From positions 96,001-160,000 of the forward strand of contig JBBQFH010000002.1 of assembly GCA_038321865.1 (NCBI GenBank): a stretch of 64,000 nucleotides of DNA, written 5' to 3'. The notes below the pieces were generated by a model. That model had not been told where the DNA came from and did not search any database. It saw only the letters and a program-made list of their open reading frames with translations. The DNA is from Gemmatimonadales bacterium (lineage in GTDB: Bacteria; Gemmatimonadota; Gemmatimonadetes; Gemmatimonadales; GWC2-71-9). Position numbers and translations under genes: made by a program. This document shows, piece after piece, positions 28,628 through 36,791 of the stretch. Position 1 is the stretch's first letter, and each line of letters opens with the position of its first letter.

Positions 28628-30340
28628 ATGAGCAACCCGCTGGGCACCGCCGACTTCTTCGCGCTGGAGGCGGGAGAGTGCCTCGATCGGCTCGAGCAGC
28701 TGGTGACCCGACCCCAGGGGCCGCCACCCGACGAGATGCTGCGGTATGCGCGCGCGCTGCGCGGGTCGGCACTCATGGCCAGCCACTCGGCAATTGCCCG
28801 GGCCGCGGCGGCGCTCGAGGCGATCGCGCGCGGCCTTCGGGACGGCACCAGCGCGTGGGAGCCGGCGATGCGCGAACGAGCCGGACAGGCGATCGATGAA
28901 TTCCGCCTGCTGGTGCGCAACGCCCGGGAGTGGAGCTCCGCGGATGCCGTCCGCGCAAGCCGGATTGAAGCCGATCTACTCGCGCTGGCCGGCGAAGAGG
29001 CCGTCGGGACATCGCGCGCCATGCCCGCTCCGGCGGCGGAACCGGCTGAGCTCAACACCGGTGTCCGGGCGTTCGTGGCGCGGGAGGGCGCGCTGATCGC
29101 CAGTGCCCTTGACCGGGCCGCGCGGGCGCTCAGGGAAACTCCGGGCGCGCGGGAGCCGCTGTACGCGGTGCTCCGGCGGATGCAATCCCTCCGTGGCCTC
29201 GCGGAGCTGTCCGAGCTCACCCCGCTCCCCGAAATCCTCGACGGCATCGAGCTCGCCGTCGGCGACCTCACCCGGCTCTTCGCGCCGCCACCTGATGTCC
29301 ACCGGCTGCTGGAGTCCGCCGCGCAGGCGCTCACCCGGATCGCGCGCGACGTCGCGGGGAGCGGCCGTCCCGCCCCGGATCCGGACGAGGCACGGCTCTT
29401 TACCGAACAGCTGCTTCGGGCGTTCGCGGTCGAGCGCGACGTGGTTCCGATCGAGTCGCTGTACGTGGACGGCGACGCCACACCGTTCCACCGCTCCGAG
29501 AGCCAGCCACAGTTCAGCGCGCCGACCCCGCTGAGCGGCGTGGAGCTGGTGAGCTACGGCGAGCACCTTTTCCAGGCCGCCGACCGGATCGTCGACGCCG
29601 AGTCGGCGACGATCCGGGACCTGCGCCTCTACAGCCTGGTCGGAACCCTGCGCTCGGTCGCGACCGCGGGCGGCGACCCCGTCGCGGCCGCGCTCACCGT
29701 GTTCGGGCGCTCCGCGCGCGAGGCGATCGCGTCCGGAGCCGCCGCGGGCGGGGACGCCGAATTCGCCGCGATCCTTCGTGAGGCCGGGGCCCTGCTGCGG
29801 AGTCTTGCCGATGCGGCGGACCAGCATGAGGTGGGACGGCGGCTGCTCGATCTGGCCCATCGGCTCGACCAGTCGGTGGCTCAGAGTGAGGAAAAGGCTG
29901 CGGATGCCAGACCGGCCCCAGCGCCTGCGAACCTGGCAGACGCTGACATCGTACCGATCGAGTCGCTCGACTATGCGACCCCTGATGAGGCGCGACCCGC
30001 GACGATCCCGTCGCGGACGCCGGACGCGGCGGAAGTGAACAGTCTCGAGGCAACCTACGCGACATACGGCAAGCTGATTCGCGACCACGGCCTGGCGGCA
30101 TCCTCGGTGGACCAGCTCATCAGGCGCCCGCATGACGCCGGCCCTGACGGGGACACGGAGCGGGCCCCGGTCGACATCCGCGACCTCTGCTATCGCGGGC
30201 GGGCAGCGCTCGAGCGCGCCGTCGAGGTGCGTGATGCGCTGGCGGCACGGCTCTCCAGCCACAGCCCCCTTCTCCCGGGCGAACCGCTGCTCCTTGAACT
30301 GCTGGATCTCGTGCCGCTCGCGCTGGATCGGTCCGATTAG
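28628..30340 (+). CDS. Hypothetical protein with tandem degenerate Hpt-like domains
   Basis: FFALEAGECLDRLE...LRYARALRGSALMAS and FVAREG...LRRMQSLRGLAEL resemble CheA P1/Hpt domains, but without the His. Confidence 0.7.
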   Translation: MSNPLGTADFFALEAGECLDRLEQLVTRPQGPPPDEMLRYARALRGSALMASHSAIARAAAALEAIARGLRDGTSAWEPAMRERAGQAIDEFRLLVRNAREWSSADAVRASRIEADLLALAGEEAVGTSRAMPAPAAEPAELNTGVRAFVAREGALIASALDRAARALRETPGAREPLYAVLRRMQSLRGLAELSELTPLPEILDGIELAVGDLTRLFAPPPDVHRLLESAAQALTRIARDVAGSGRPAPDPDEARLFTEQLLRAFAVERDVVPIESLYVDGDATPFHRSESQPQFSAPTPLSGVELVSYGEHLFQAADRIVDAESATIRDLRLYSLVGTLRSVATAGGDPVAAALTVFGRSAREAIASGAAAGGDAEFAAILREAGALLRSLADAADQHEVGRRLLDLAHRLDQSVAQSEEKAADARPAPAPANLADADIVPIESLDYATPDEARPATIPSRTPDAAEVNSLEATYATYGKLIRDHGLAASSVDQLIRRPHDAGPDGDTERAPVDIRDLCYRGRAALERAVEVRDALAARLSSHSPLLPGEPLLLELLDLVPLALDRSD

Positions 30341-31367
30341 CACCGCCGCCACATCGCGCCGGCGCTGGTGGCCCCTGGTCGTCGGAACGCTGCTTTCGCT
30401 TGGCCTGCTGGTCTGGGTGCTGCGCGGCACCGACACCGCCACGCTGCTGCGTGAGATCCGGGCGACCCGGGTACTGCCACTCACCCTCGCCGTGGCCGTC
30501 GCAACTGCCACATTCCCCCTTCGCCTGATCCGGTGGCGCCTGCTGCTTCGCGCTGACGACGGCAACGGTCTTCCCGCGGTCCCGCTGTGGCACGCCATTG
30601 CGATGGGGTTCATGGCCAACAACGTGCTCCCCTTTCGCGCGGGGGAGCTGGTCCGATGCTTCGCGGCCGCTCGGCTCACGGGAGCCCGGCTCACGGCCGC
30701 GATCTCGTCGGTCGCGGTGGAGCGTGTCTTCGACGGCCTGACGGTGGTCGCGCTGCTCACGGGCGCGCTGTTGGCAGCGCACCTTCCGCCAACGATCACC
30801 GTCGGCGGCACCAGCGTTTCGATTGCGCATGCGGCCACCACGGCGGGGCTCCTTTCAGCGGCGGCCTTGCTGGTCGCGCTCGTGATCGTGATCTGGCCGG
30901 TCGCTGCCGAGCGCATCACCCGCTCCGTGCTGCCGGCTGGCAGGCTGGCGTCGGCCGTCGTGCAGGCCATCGAGGGATTCCGCCACGGACTCGCGTCGCT
31001 CCGCTCCCCCGGACGGCTCGCCGGCGTGGTGCTCTGGTCGGTGGTGATCTGGCTCGTCAACGCAGCCGCGTTCTGGATTGCGTTCGCGGCATTCGACCTC
31101 CCGGTCGGCTTCGGCGGTGCGCTGTTGCTGCAGGGGCTGCTCGTCTTCGGGATCGCGTTGCCGTCTACGCCTGGCTATATCGGGGTGTTCGAAGCCGTGA
31201 TCAGTGCGGTGCTCCTGCTCTATGGCGTCTCGGCGTCGCGCGGCGCGGCCTATGCGATCGTCTACCACGCAACGACGTTCGTGCCGATCACATTGCTCGG
31301 CGTCTGGTCGCTCGCGCGCACCGGGCTGTCGCTCGCAGAGATTCGGTCGTCTCGCCCCGATGACTGA
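30336..31367 (+). CDS. Lysylphosphatidylglycerol synthase TM / flippase-like membrane protein
   Basis: RLIRWRLLL, GFMANNVLPFRAGELVR, SVAVERVFD, LPSTPGYIGVFE. Start uncertain (see findings). Confidence 0.82.
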   Translation: MSTAATSRRRWWPLVVGTLLSLGLLVWVLRGTDTATLLREIRATRVLPLTLAVAVATATFPLRLIRWRLLLRADDGNGLPAVPLWHAIAMGFMANNVLPFRAGELVRCFAAARLTGARLTAAISSVAVERVFDGLTVVALLTGALLAAHLPPTITVGGTSVSIAHAATTAGLLSAAALLVALVIVIWPVAAERITRSVLPAGRLASAVVQAIEGFRHGLASLRSPGRLAGVVLWSVVIWLVNAAAFWIAFAAFDLPVGFGGALLLQGLLVFGIALPSTPGYIGVFEAVISAVLLLYGVSASRGAAYAIVYHATTFVPITLLGVWSLARTGLSLAEIRSSRPDD

Positions 31368-32238
31368 TCGGATCACGATCCGGGCCCCTGCCAAGCTCAA
31401 CCTGTTCTTGCGCGTCCTCGCGCGAGAATCCGACGGCTTTCACGGGATCGAAACGGTGTACTGCCTGCTGGGGCTGGCGGATGACATCGCGGTGGAGCGA
31501 ACCGACGCCGGTGTGAGCCTGCTGTGCGACGCGACCGATCTCGGGCCGGCGGCGGACAATCTCGCCGTGCGGGCGGCGCAGCTCGTGCTCGACGCGACCG
31601 GCAATCGGTTCGGTGTCCAGATCCGGCTCACCAAGCGGATTCCCGTGGGCGCCGGCCTCGGTGGGGGGTCGAGCGACGCGGCCGCCGTCCTCGTCGCAAC
31701 CAACCAGCTGGCCAACTCCGCCGTGCCTCGCCACGAACTCCTCCAGCTCGCCGCGAGGCTGGGCAGCGACGTTCCCTTTTTCCTTTCGGGCGCGCCGCTC
31801 GCGCTCGCCTGGGGGCACGGTGAACGGATGCTTCGCCTCCCCCCGCTCCCGGCTGCACCGGTCCTGCTGGTCACCCCGCCTCGACCCATCGCAACCGCTG
31901 AAGCGTACGGATGGGTCGACGCGTCGCGCCAGACGGCAGGTCGCCGCGGTGGGCTCGCCCTCGACCTGGAGGCACTGTCCACCTGGGGTGATATCGGCCG
32001 GATGGCGGGCAACGATTTCGAGGCGGCGGTGTTCCAACATCGGCCCGAAGTGCGGACGGCGTTCGAGGCGCTGGTAGGCACCCGCCCGCTGGTCTGCCGG
32101 ATGAGCGGCTCGGGCTCGACGCTGTTCGCGATCTACCGCTCGGTTCGGGATCGTGACGATGCTGCCGTGATGCTGCACCGGAAGCATGGGGCGCTGACGG
32201 CGACGGACACGATGGCTGCTATCCCGGTTTCCGCTTAA
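31360..32238 (+). CDS. ispE: 4-diphosphocytidyl-2-C-methyl-D-erythritol kinase
   Basis: APAKLNLFL, KRIPVGAGLGGGSSDAA, LGSDVPFF, MSGSGST. Confidence 0.96.
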   Translation: MTDRITIRAPAKLNLFLRVLARESDGFHGIETVYCLLGLADDIAVERTDAGVSLLCDATDLGPAADNLAVRAAQLVLDATGNRFGVQIRLTKRIPVGAGLGGGSSDAAAVLVATNQLANSAVPRHELLQLAARLGSDVPFFLSGAPLALAWGHGERMLRLPPLPAAPVLLVTPPRPIATAEAYGWVDASRQTAGRRGGLALDLEALSTWGDIGRMAGNDFEAAVFQHRPEVRTAFEALVGTRPLVCRMSGSGSTLFAIYRSVRDRDDAAVMLHRKHGALTATDTMAAIPVSA

Positions 32239-32249
32239 GTTTCGAGTGC

Positions 32250-32320
32250 TGGCCCTTCGTCCAATGGCAGGACAGCGGACTTTGGATCCGCGAATGGTGG
32301 TTCGAATCCACCAGGGCCAA
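32250..32320 (+). tRNA. tRNA-Gln (anticodon UUG)
   Basis: Acceptor stem TGGCCCT/AGGGCCA (U1-A72); anticodon arm GCGGA-CT-TTG-GA-TCCGC; T arm GGTGG-TTCGAAT-CCACC. Confidence 0.95.
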
Positions 32321-32333
32321 TGCGTCCAACCCC

Positions 32334-32361
32334 TTGACGGCGTGGCGTTAAAGGGTACTCT
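32334..32361 (+). promoter_or_regulatory. Putative sigma70 promoter for the kinase gene
   Basis: TTGACG-16 nt-TACTCT. Confidence 0.45.
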
Positions 32362-32384
32362 CGTACAGTGAAATCCCTGAGATC

Positions 32385-34526
32385 ATGAGCCAGCCTACCT
32401 GGGCCTGCCCCACCTGTCAGACGCCGCTCCCCGGAATGGCGTCGTTCTGCTACGTCTGCGGCACCGCGACGCCTGCAGGAATGAACGCGCACACGGGGGA
32501 AGTCGTCACCACCACGCGCACTGCGGGTATCGGCCCGGCCGATCTCCTGCGGAAGCTTCAGCGCGCATTGGGTCCGGGCTATCAGCTGCAGGACCGCATC
32601 GGGGCCGGCGGCTTCGCCGAGGTGTTCCGCGCCCGGGATCTCCGGCTCAAGCGAGATCTCGCGGTCAAGGTGTTGCGTCCGGACCTCGGCCTGTCGCCGG
32701 AACTCGTCCAGCGTTTCCGCCGTGAGGCCGAAACCATCGCGACGCTGCGGAACGCGCATATCGTGCCGGTCTACGACATCGGCGAGGCGCAGGGGCTGGC
32801 CTTCATCATCATGCCTTTGGTCGTCGGAGAAAGCCTTCGCCAGATCCTCGATCGGGATGGTGCCATGGCGCCGGCGGAAGTCGCACGGATCCTCCGCGAA
32901 GCCTCGCTTGGCCTCGCCGCCGCGCATGATGCCGGGATTATTCATCGGGACGTGAAGCCCGAGAACATCATGCTGGAAGGCCGCGACAAACGCGTCCTCC
33001 TCATGGATTTCGGCATCGCCAAGGCAATGGGCCTCGCGGCCGATTCCGACCCGGCGTCGTCGCTCACCACGACCGGCATCATCATCGGGACGCCGCAGTA
33101 CATGAGTCCGGAGCAGGCGTCGGCTGACCGGTCGATCGACGCCCGCAGTGATCAGTACTCACTCGCGGTCGTCGGCTATCGCATGCTGGCCGGGGAGCTC
33201 CCCTTCGGCGGGCAGTCGACGCGGGCCGTGCTGTATCAGCAGCTGGTCGCGACGCCGGCACCGATCGAGACCAAGGTCGCCGGCGTCCCATCCGCGCTGT
33301 CGGGCGCAATCCAGCGGGCAATGGCGAAGGAACCCTCGGAACGCTTCCCTGACATGCTCGCCTTCGCGGCGGCAATCGACGCCGACCCGGCCACGAGCGC
33401 GGCGCCAACCGTCAAGACCAAGTCCGAACGGAAGCCAGGCGGCGCGACCGCCCCCCGGCGCGGAGTCATGATCGGCGCGGCGGCGGTCGTGCTGCTGGGC
33501 GCCCTGGCCGGCGCCGCGCTGCTGACCTCAGGTGGGAAGCCGAAGAAGTCATCCGAGTCGACACCGCCTGTCAAGCAGGGCGCTGCTCAATCGGCGGCAG
33601 TCATCCAGCCGGGCGCGAAAGCGCCGGGAGCGGTCGCGCCGCCTTTGCCCGCCGGTCCGAAACAGCCCGTGGGCAGGGATACCGCGACCGTGAGGCCGTC
33701 TCCTACGACGACATCCTCGGTGCCGTCCGCCAACCCGCGACTCGGCAGTGCCGGTGCGGTGCCGGGGGCGCAGACGACGCCCAAGATCACCGATACGAAG
33801 CCGGTGAGCCGTCGTGCTGCGGCGCAAGCGGCAGCATCAAAGGGCGCTCCGACCGTCGCGGCCGCGACCTGCACGAGGTACCCCGCCCCTGCCGACTATG
33901 CGACCGTGGCACCAGTCTGTCTGGCCCAGGCGAACGCCGGCAACGCCGTCGCGCAGCGCATCCTCGGCACAATGTATGACAAAGGGAACGGCATCCCGGC
34001 GAGCCCGTCCGACGCAGTGACCTGGTACCGGAAGGCCGCCGGGCAGAACGATGCCGAATCCCAATATCTCCTGTCCCAGATGCTCGACATCGGGCGCGGA
34101 GTGGCGGCCAATCCCGCCGAATCGATCCTTCGGCTGAGACTGGCCGCCGCTGCGGGGCTGCTCAAGGCGCAGCAGCTGCTGGCGTATCGACTCGAAACCG
34201 GCAGCAACGTCAAGAAGAACGAGGCCGAAGCCGTGACCTGGTACCGGCGTGCCGCCGACGCCGGCGATCCGATGTCCCAGCAGAAGCTGGGCGATGATCT
34301 CGCTCGAGGACGTGGCGTCGAAAAGAACGAAGCGGAGGCCCTGGAGTGGTACCGCAAGGCCGCCGGCCAGGGCTCCGCGACGGCCGCATGGCAGGCGGCG
34401 CAGATGTACTTCAAGGGCCGGGGCACGGCCAAGGACGACTCTGCCGGGATGCGGTTCCTGAAGGAGGCCGCCGACGCCAACGTACCTGATGCCGTGAAGG
34501 AGCTAGCGAAACGGACCGGCCGGTAG
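32385..34526 (+). CDS. Hanks-type Ser/Thr protein kinase with N-terminal zinc ribbon, TM helix and C-terminal Sel1-like repeats
   Basis: CPTC..CYVC, IGAGGFAEV, AVK, HRDVKPEN, DFG, GTPQYMSPEQ, a TM segment, Pro-rich linker, repeated A..WYRKAA.QG. Confidence 0.92.
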   Translation: MSQPTWACPTCQTPLPGMASFCYVCGTATPAGMNAHTGEVVTTTRTAGIGPADLLRKLQRALGPGYQLQDRIGAGGFAEVFRARDLRLKRDLAVKVLRPDLGLSPELVQRFRREAETIATLRNAHIVPVYDIGEAQGLAFIIMPLVVGESLRQILDRDGAMAPAEVARILREASLGLAAAHDAGIIHRDVKPENIMLEGRDKRVLLMDFGIAKAMGLAADSDPASSLTTTGIIIGTPQYMSPEQASADRSIDARSDQYSLAVVGYRMLAGELPFGGQSTRAVLYQQLVATPAPIETKVAGVPSALSGAIQRAMAKEPSERFPDMLAFAAAIDADPATSAAPTVKTKSERKPGGATAPRRGVMIGAAAVVLLGALAGAALLTSGGKPKKSSESTPPVKQGAAQSAAVIQPGAKAPGAVAPPLPAGPKQPVGRDTATVRPSPTTTSSVPSANPRLGSAGAVPGAQTTPKITDTKPVSRRAAAQAAASKGAPTVAAATCTRYPAPADYATVAPVCLAQANAGNAVAQRILGTMYDKGNGIPASPSDAVTWYRKAAGQNDAESQYLLSQMLDIGRGVAANPAESILRLRLAAAAGLLKAQQLLAYRLETGSNVKKNEAEAVTWYRRAADAGDPMSQQKLGDDLARGRGVEKNEAEALEWYRKAAGQGSATAAWQAAQMYFKGRGTAKDDSAGMRFLKEAADANVPDAVKELAKRTGR

Positions 34527-34728
34527 ACCCAAGAATCGGCTAAGCCGCCGCCGCAACATGTGTTGCGGTCGCCACAGGACGATGTGGCGCATGTACAACT
34601 TGGCATTCGTGACCGCGGAGCCTCGGTCGTTCAGTTCAGGTCGCGATGACGGCCCAACCGTTTGGTTCTCCATGATATACACCCTAAGCTCGGTAGACGT
34701 CTCGGGCTTGGTGATCCACGTCACACAG

Positions 34729-34744
34729 GGGCGCGCCTCTTGCT
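34729..34744 (+). promoter_or_regulatory. Putative sigma54 (-24/-12) promoter for the lipoprotein gene at 34842
   Basis: GGGCGCGCCTCTTGCT = GG-N10-GC with TTGCT; palindromes at 34551-34568 and 34570-34589 lie at enhancer-like distance. Confidence 0.55.
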
Positions 34745-34841
34745 CAGGTAGGGTTGGTTCGACTCCCAATCGCGACTCATAGCTCCCACCGGCCGACCGC
34801 CGGACCCGTTTCCTCACCGTTCTCGTTGGCAGGAGGCATCG

Positions 34842-35981
34842 ATGCGCCGCACGATTTCCAGGTATGCACTTTGGACCATGGCAGCCGGGCTGGGCTTGGC
34901 GGTAACCGCCTGCTCGTCTGATCCGGTTTCACCGACCGCGCTGTCCAACGCCCATCCGATGCTGGTTGTCGGTACGACCGCGCCACCGGCCGGATCCACG
35001 CAGATTGCGCTCGCCAGCACGAGCGCGGTCCAGTATTGCGGCTTCAGCACTGTGATGGACGGCAGCGTGAACCCCAGCGGCTCGTGCGTCAACTCGTTCG
35101 ATCTGACGGCGGTTCTGGCCGGCTCGCCGGGAGACCCGGGCTGGGGCGCACCGCTGACCGGCTCGTCCTGGATCGGGGCACAGGCCAACGCCAATGAGTA
35201 CCGCGTCCCGACCGGTACGTACGCGTTCCAGACGACGTTTACCGTGCCGGCTGGCGCGACGGGCAAAGGCCTGAACATCACGATCAAGGCCGATAACAAC
35301 GCGATCGTCTACCTCAACGGCACCGAGATCGGCCGCCACGATCCCGCCGGCGACATCTCCGGTCACTGGACGGGCAGCCTGAGCCTCACCGACGCCGGTG
35401 CGGCCATCCAGGATGGCACCAACACGCTGCGGATCCTCCTGCTCAACACGCGGGTGGCGCCGGCCGCGTTTGATGCGACCGTGCCCTGCCCGCTGCCGCC
35501 GGCCGGCGCCTTCCGGTACGCCGGCTACGATCAGGTCGTCTGTCTCAATCCGTCGGCTCTGAGCTTCACCGCGACGGCGTTCTTTACTCCGGCCGCGCCG
35601 CCTCAGTACGCCTTCGTTGTCGGCGACGTCACGTATGACGGCGTTGGCGATCATCAGTACTTCTGGGGCGCGCAGTGGTGGAAGAACAACAAGATGAGCG
35701 GCGTGGTCGACCACGGCGTCGCCGGCTTCAAGGGCTTCGCGGTGCTGGTCAACGGCTCATGCGGCTCGACGTGGCAGTCGCTGCCGGGCAACAGCTCCAA
35801 CCCGCCGGAGAACATCGGCGACATCGTCACGATCATCGTGACCAGCACCGTCACCAAGTCCGGAAACCAGTACGCCGGCAACATCGTGCGGATCGCGCAC
35901 GTGGACCAGGACGGCAACTACGCCGACAACCCGGGTCACGAAGGCCAGGGACCGGTTGTGGACGAGGTGTGTCCCCGCTAG
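34842..35981 (+). CDS. Lipoprotein with galactose-binding-like jelly-roll domain and C-terminal FWGAQWW domain
   Basis: SD AGGAGG; lipobox VTAC; SSWIG...FQTTF...ADNNAIVYLNG...GTNTL; C-terminal FWGAQWWKNN...FKGFA...PGNSS...NPGH..G. Confidence 0.8.
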   Translation: MRRTISRYALWTMAAGLGLAVTACSSDPVSPTALSNAHPMLVVGTTAPPAGSTQIALASTSAVQYCGFSTVMDGSVNPSGSCVNSFDLTAVLAGSPGDPGWGAPLTGSSWIGAQANANEYRVPTGTYAFQTTFTVPAGATGKGLNITIKADNNAIVYLNGTEIGRHDPAGDISGHWTGSLSLTDAGAAIQDGTNTLRILLLNTRVAPAAFDATVPCPLPPAGAFRYAGYDQVVCLNPSALSFTATAFFTPAAPPQYAFVVGDVTYDGVGDHQYFWGAQWWKNNKMSGVVDHGVAGFKGFAVLVNGSCGSTWQSLPGNSSNPPENIGDIVTIIVTSTVTKSGNQYAGNIVRIAHVDQDGNYADNPGHEGQGPVVDEVCPR

Positions 35982-36007
35982 GCTGGCTGAACTGCCTGCA
36001 TGAGTGA

Positions 36008-36046
36008 ACAATCGCCCGGGCGGCCACTGGCCGCCCGGGCGATTGT
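36008..36046. terminator. Perfect 18-bp hairpin between convergent lipoprotein genes
   Basis: ACAATCGCCCGGGCGGCC-ACT-GGCCGCCCGGGCGATTGT. Confidence 0.7.
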
Positions 36047-36075
36047 CTTGCCTGCCTTCCTAGCGCCGCGAACGA

Positions 36076-36564
36076 TCAGCTCGCGGGATGCGCCGTCACC
36101 GTGAGCACGACATCGTTGATGTCGGCGTCGCCGCCATCCTCGAAGGTCAGCGTCCACTGCGGATATTGGCCAGTCGCCTGCAAAATCGGGGTACGCTCGA
36201 GCTGGCTCGATAGCATCTGAATGTTGATGGCCGATCCGCCGGCGTAGGGGCCGGAGATCGTCCACTTCTTGTTCATGGGGACGTGGCAGGCATCGCTGGT
36301 GAGGTCGTCGGTCGTGGGCGAGACGATGCGCAACCGGTCGTTGGTCGCCGCACAGCTGCTGCCCGCCATGATGACGTCGAACGAGGTGATCGCCGCCTCA
36401 ACCGGCAGCGTGCACGCACCCGGAACGCCGTTCTGTGTACACGTGAGCTGGGTGACTACCGCGGGCCCGTCGCCTGGGGCAGTCGCATAGTCGCCGGTCT
36501 TGCATGCGCACAACGCCAGCAGACCGACCGCGCCGGCCGCGGCGACAAGAGTACGAGAAATCAT
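36076..36564 (-). CDS. Lipoprotein with C-terminal Ca2+-binding lectin-like motif (LecB/DUF4114-like)
   Basis: SD GGAGAGG; lipobox LCAC; four further Cys; ends FEDGGDADINDVVLTV. Confidence 0.7.
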   Translation of the reverse strand: MISRTLVAAAGAVGLLALCACKTGDYATAPGDGPAVVTQLTCTQNGVPGACTLPVEAAITSFDVIMAGSSCAATNDRLRIVSPTTDDLTSDACHVPMNKKWTISGPYAGGSAINIQMLSSQLERTPILQATGQYPQWTLTFEDGGDADINDVVLTVTAHPAS

Positions 36565-36747
36565 TGGGTACCTCTCCGTTACGAATGTATTCGGGACTGA
36601 TAGCATCCATCTCGGTGCCACCGCCCGACGCTTCAGTCGATTCACCAGCTCCCGCTCCCGGCTGGACCGGCGGAATATTCATATCACCCCGGCGCCGCGC
36701 CGTGATCCGTGCCACGGATCCGGAGGCCGCGGCGCATCGCTTCCGAG

Positions 36748-36777
36748 TTGACGTAACCCCTGTTCCCTGGGTAGGTT
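36748..36777 (+). promoter_or_regulatory. Putative sigma70 promoter for the prs operon
   Basis: TTGACG-18 nt-TAGGTT, 14 nt upstream of the prs ATG. Confidence 0.5.
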
Positions 36778-36791
36778 GTCGGGCTGTAAAC

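Noticed and set aside
36603..36715. Sigma54 promoter for the lipoprotein starting at 36564 (TGGCAC on the minus strand near 36620 and 36714)
   Set aside because: Neither has GC exactly 10 nt after the GG, so the strict -24/-12 spacing fails.
32250..36790. Integrative element at tRNA-Gln
   Set aside because: No integrase and no repeat of the tRNA 3' end near prs; GGTTCGACTCC at 34756 matches only the generic T-loop.
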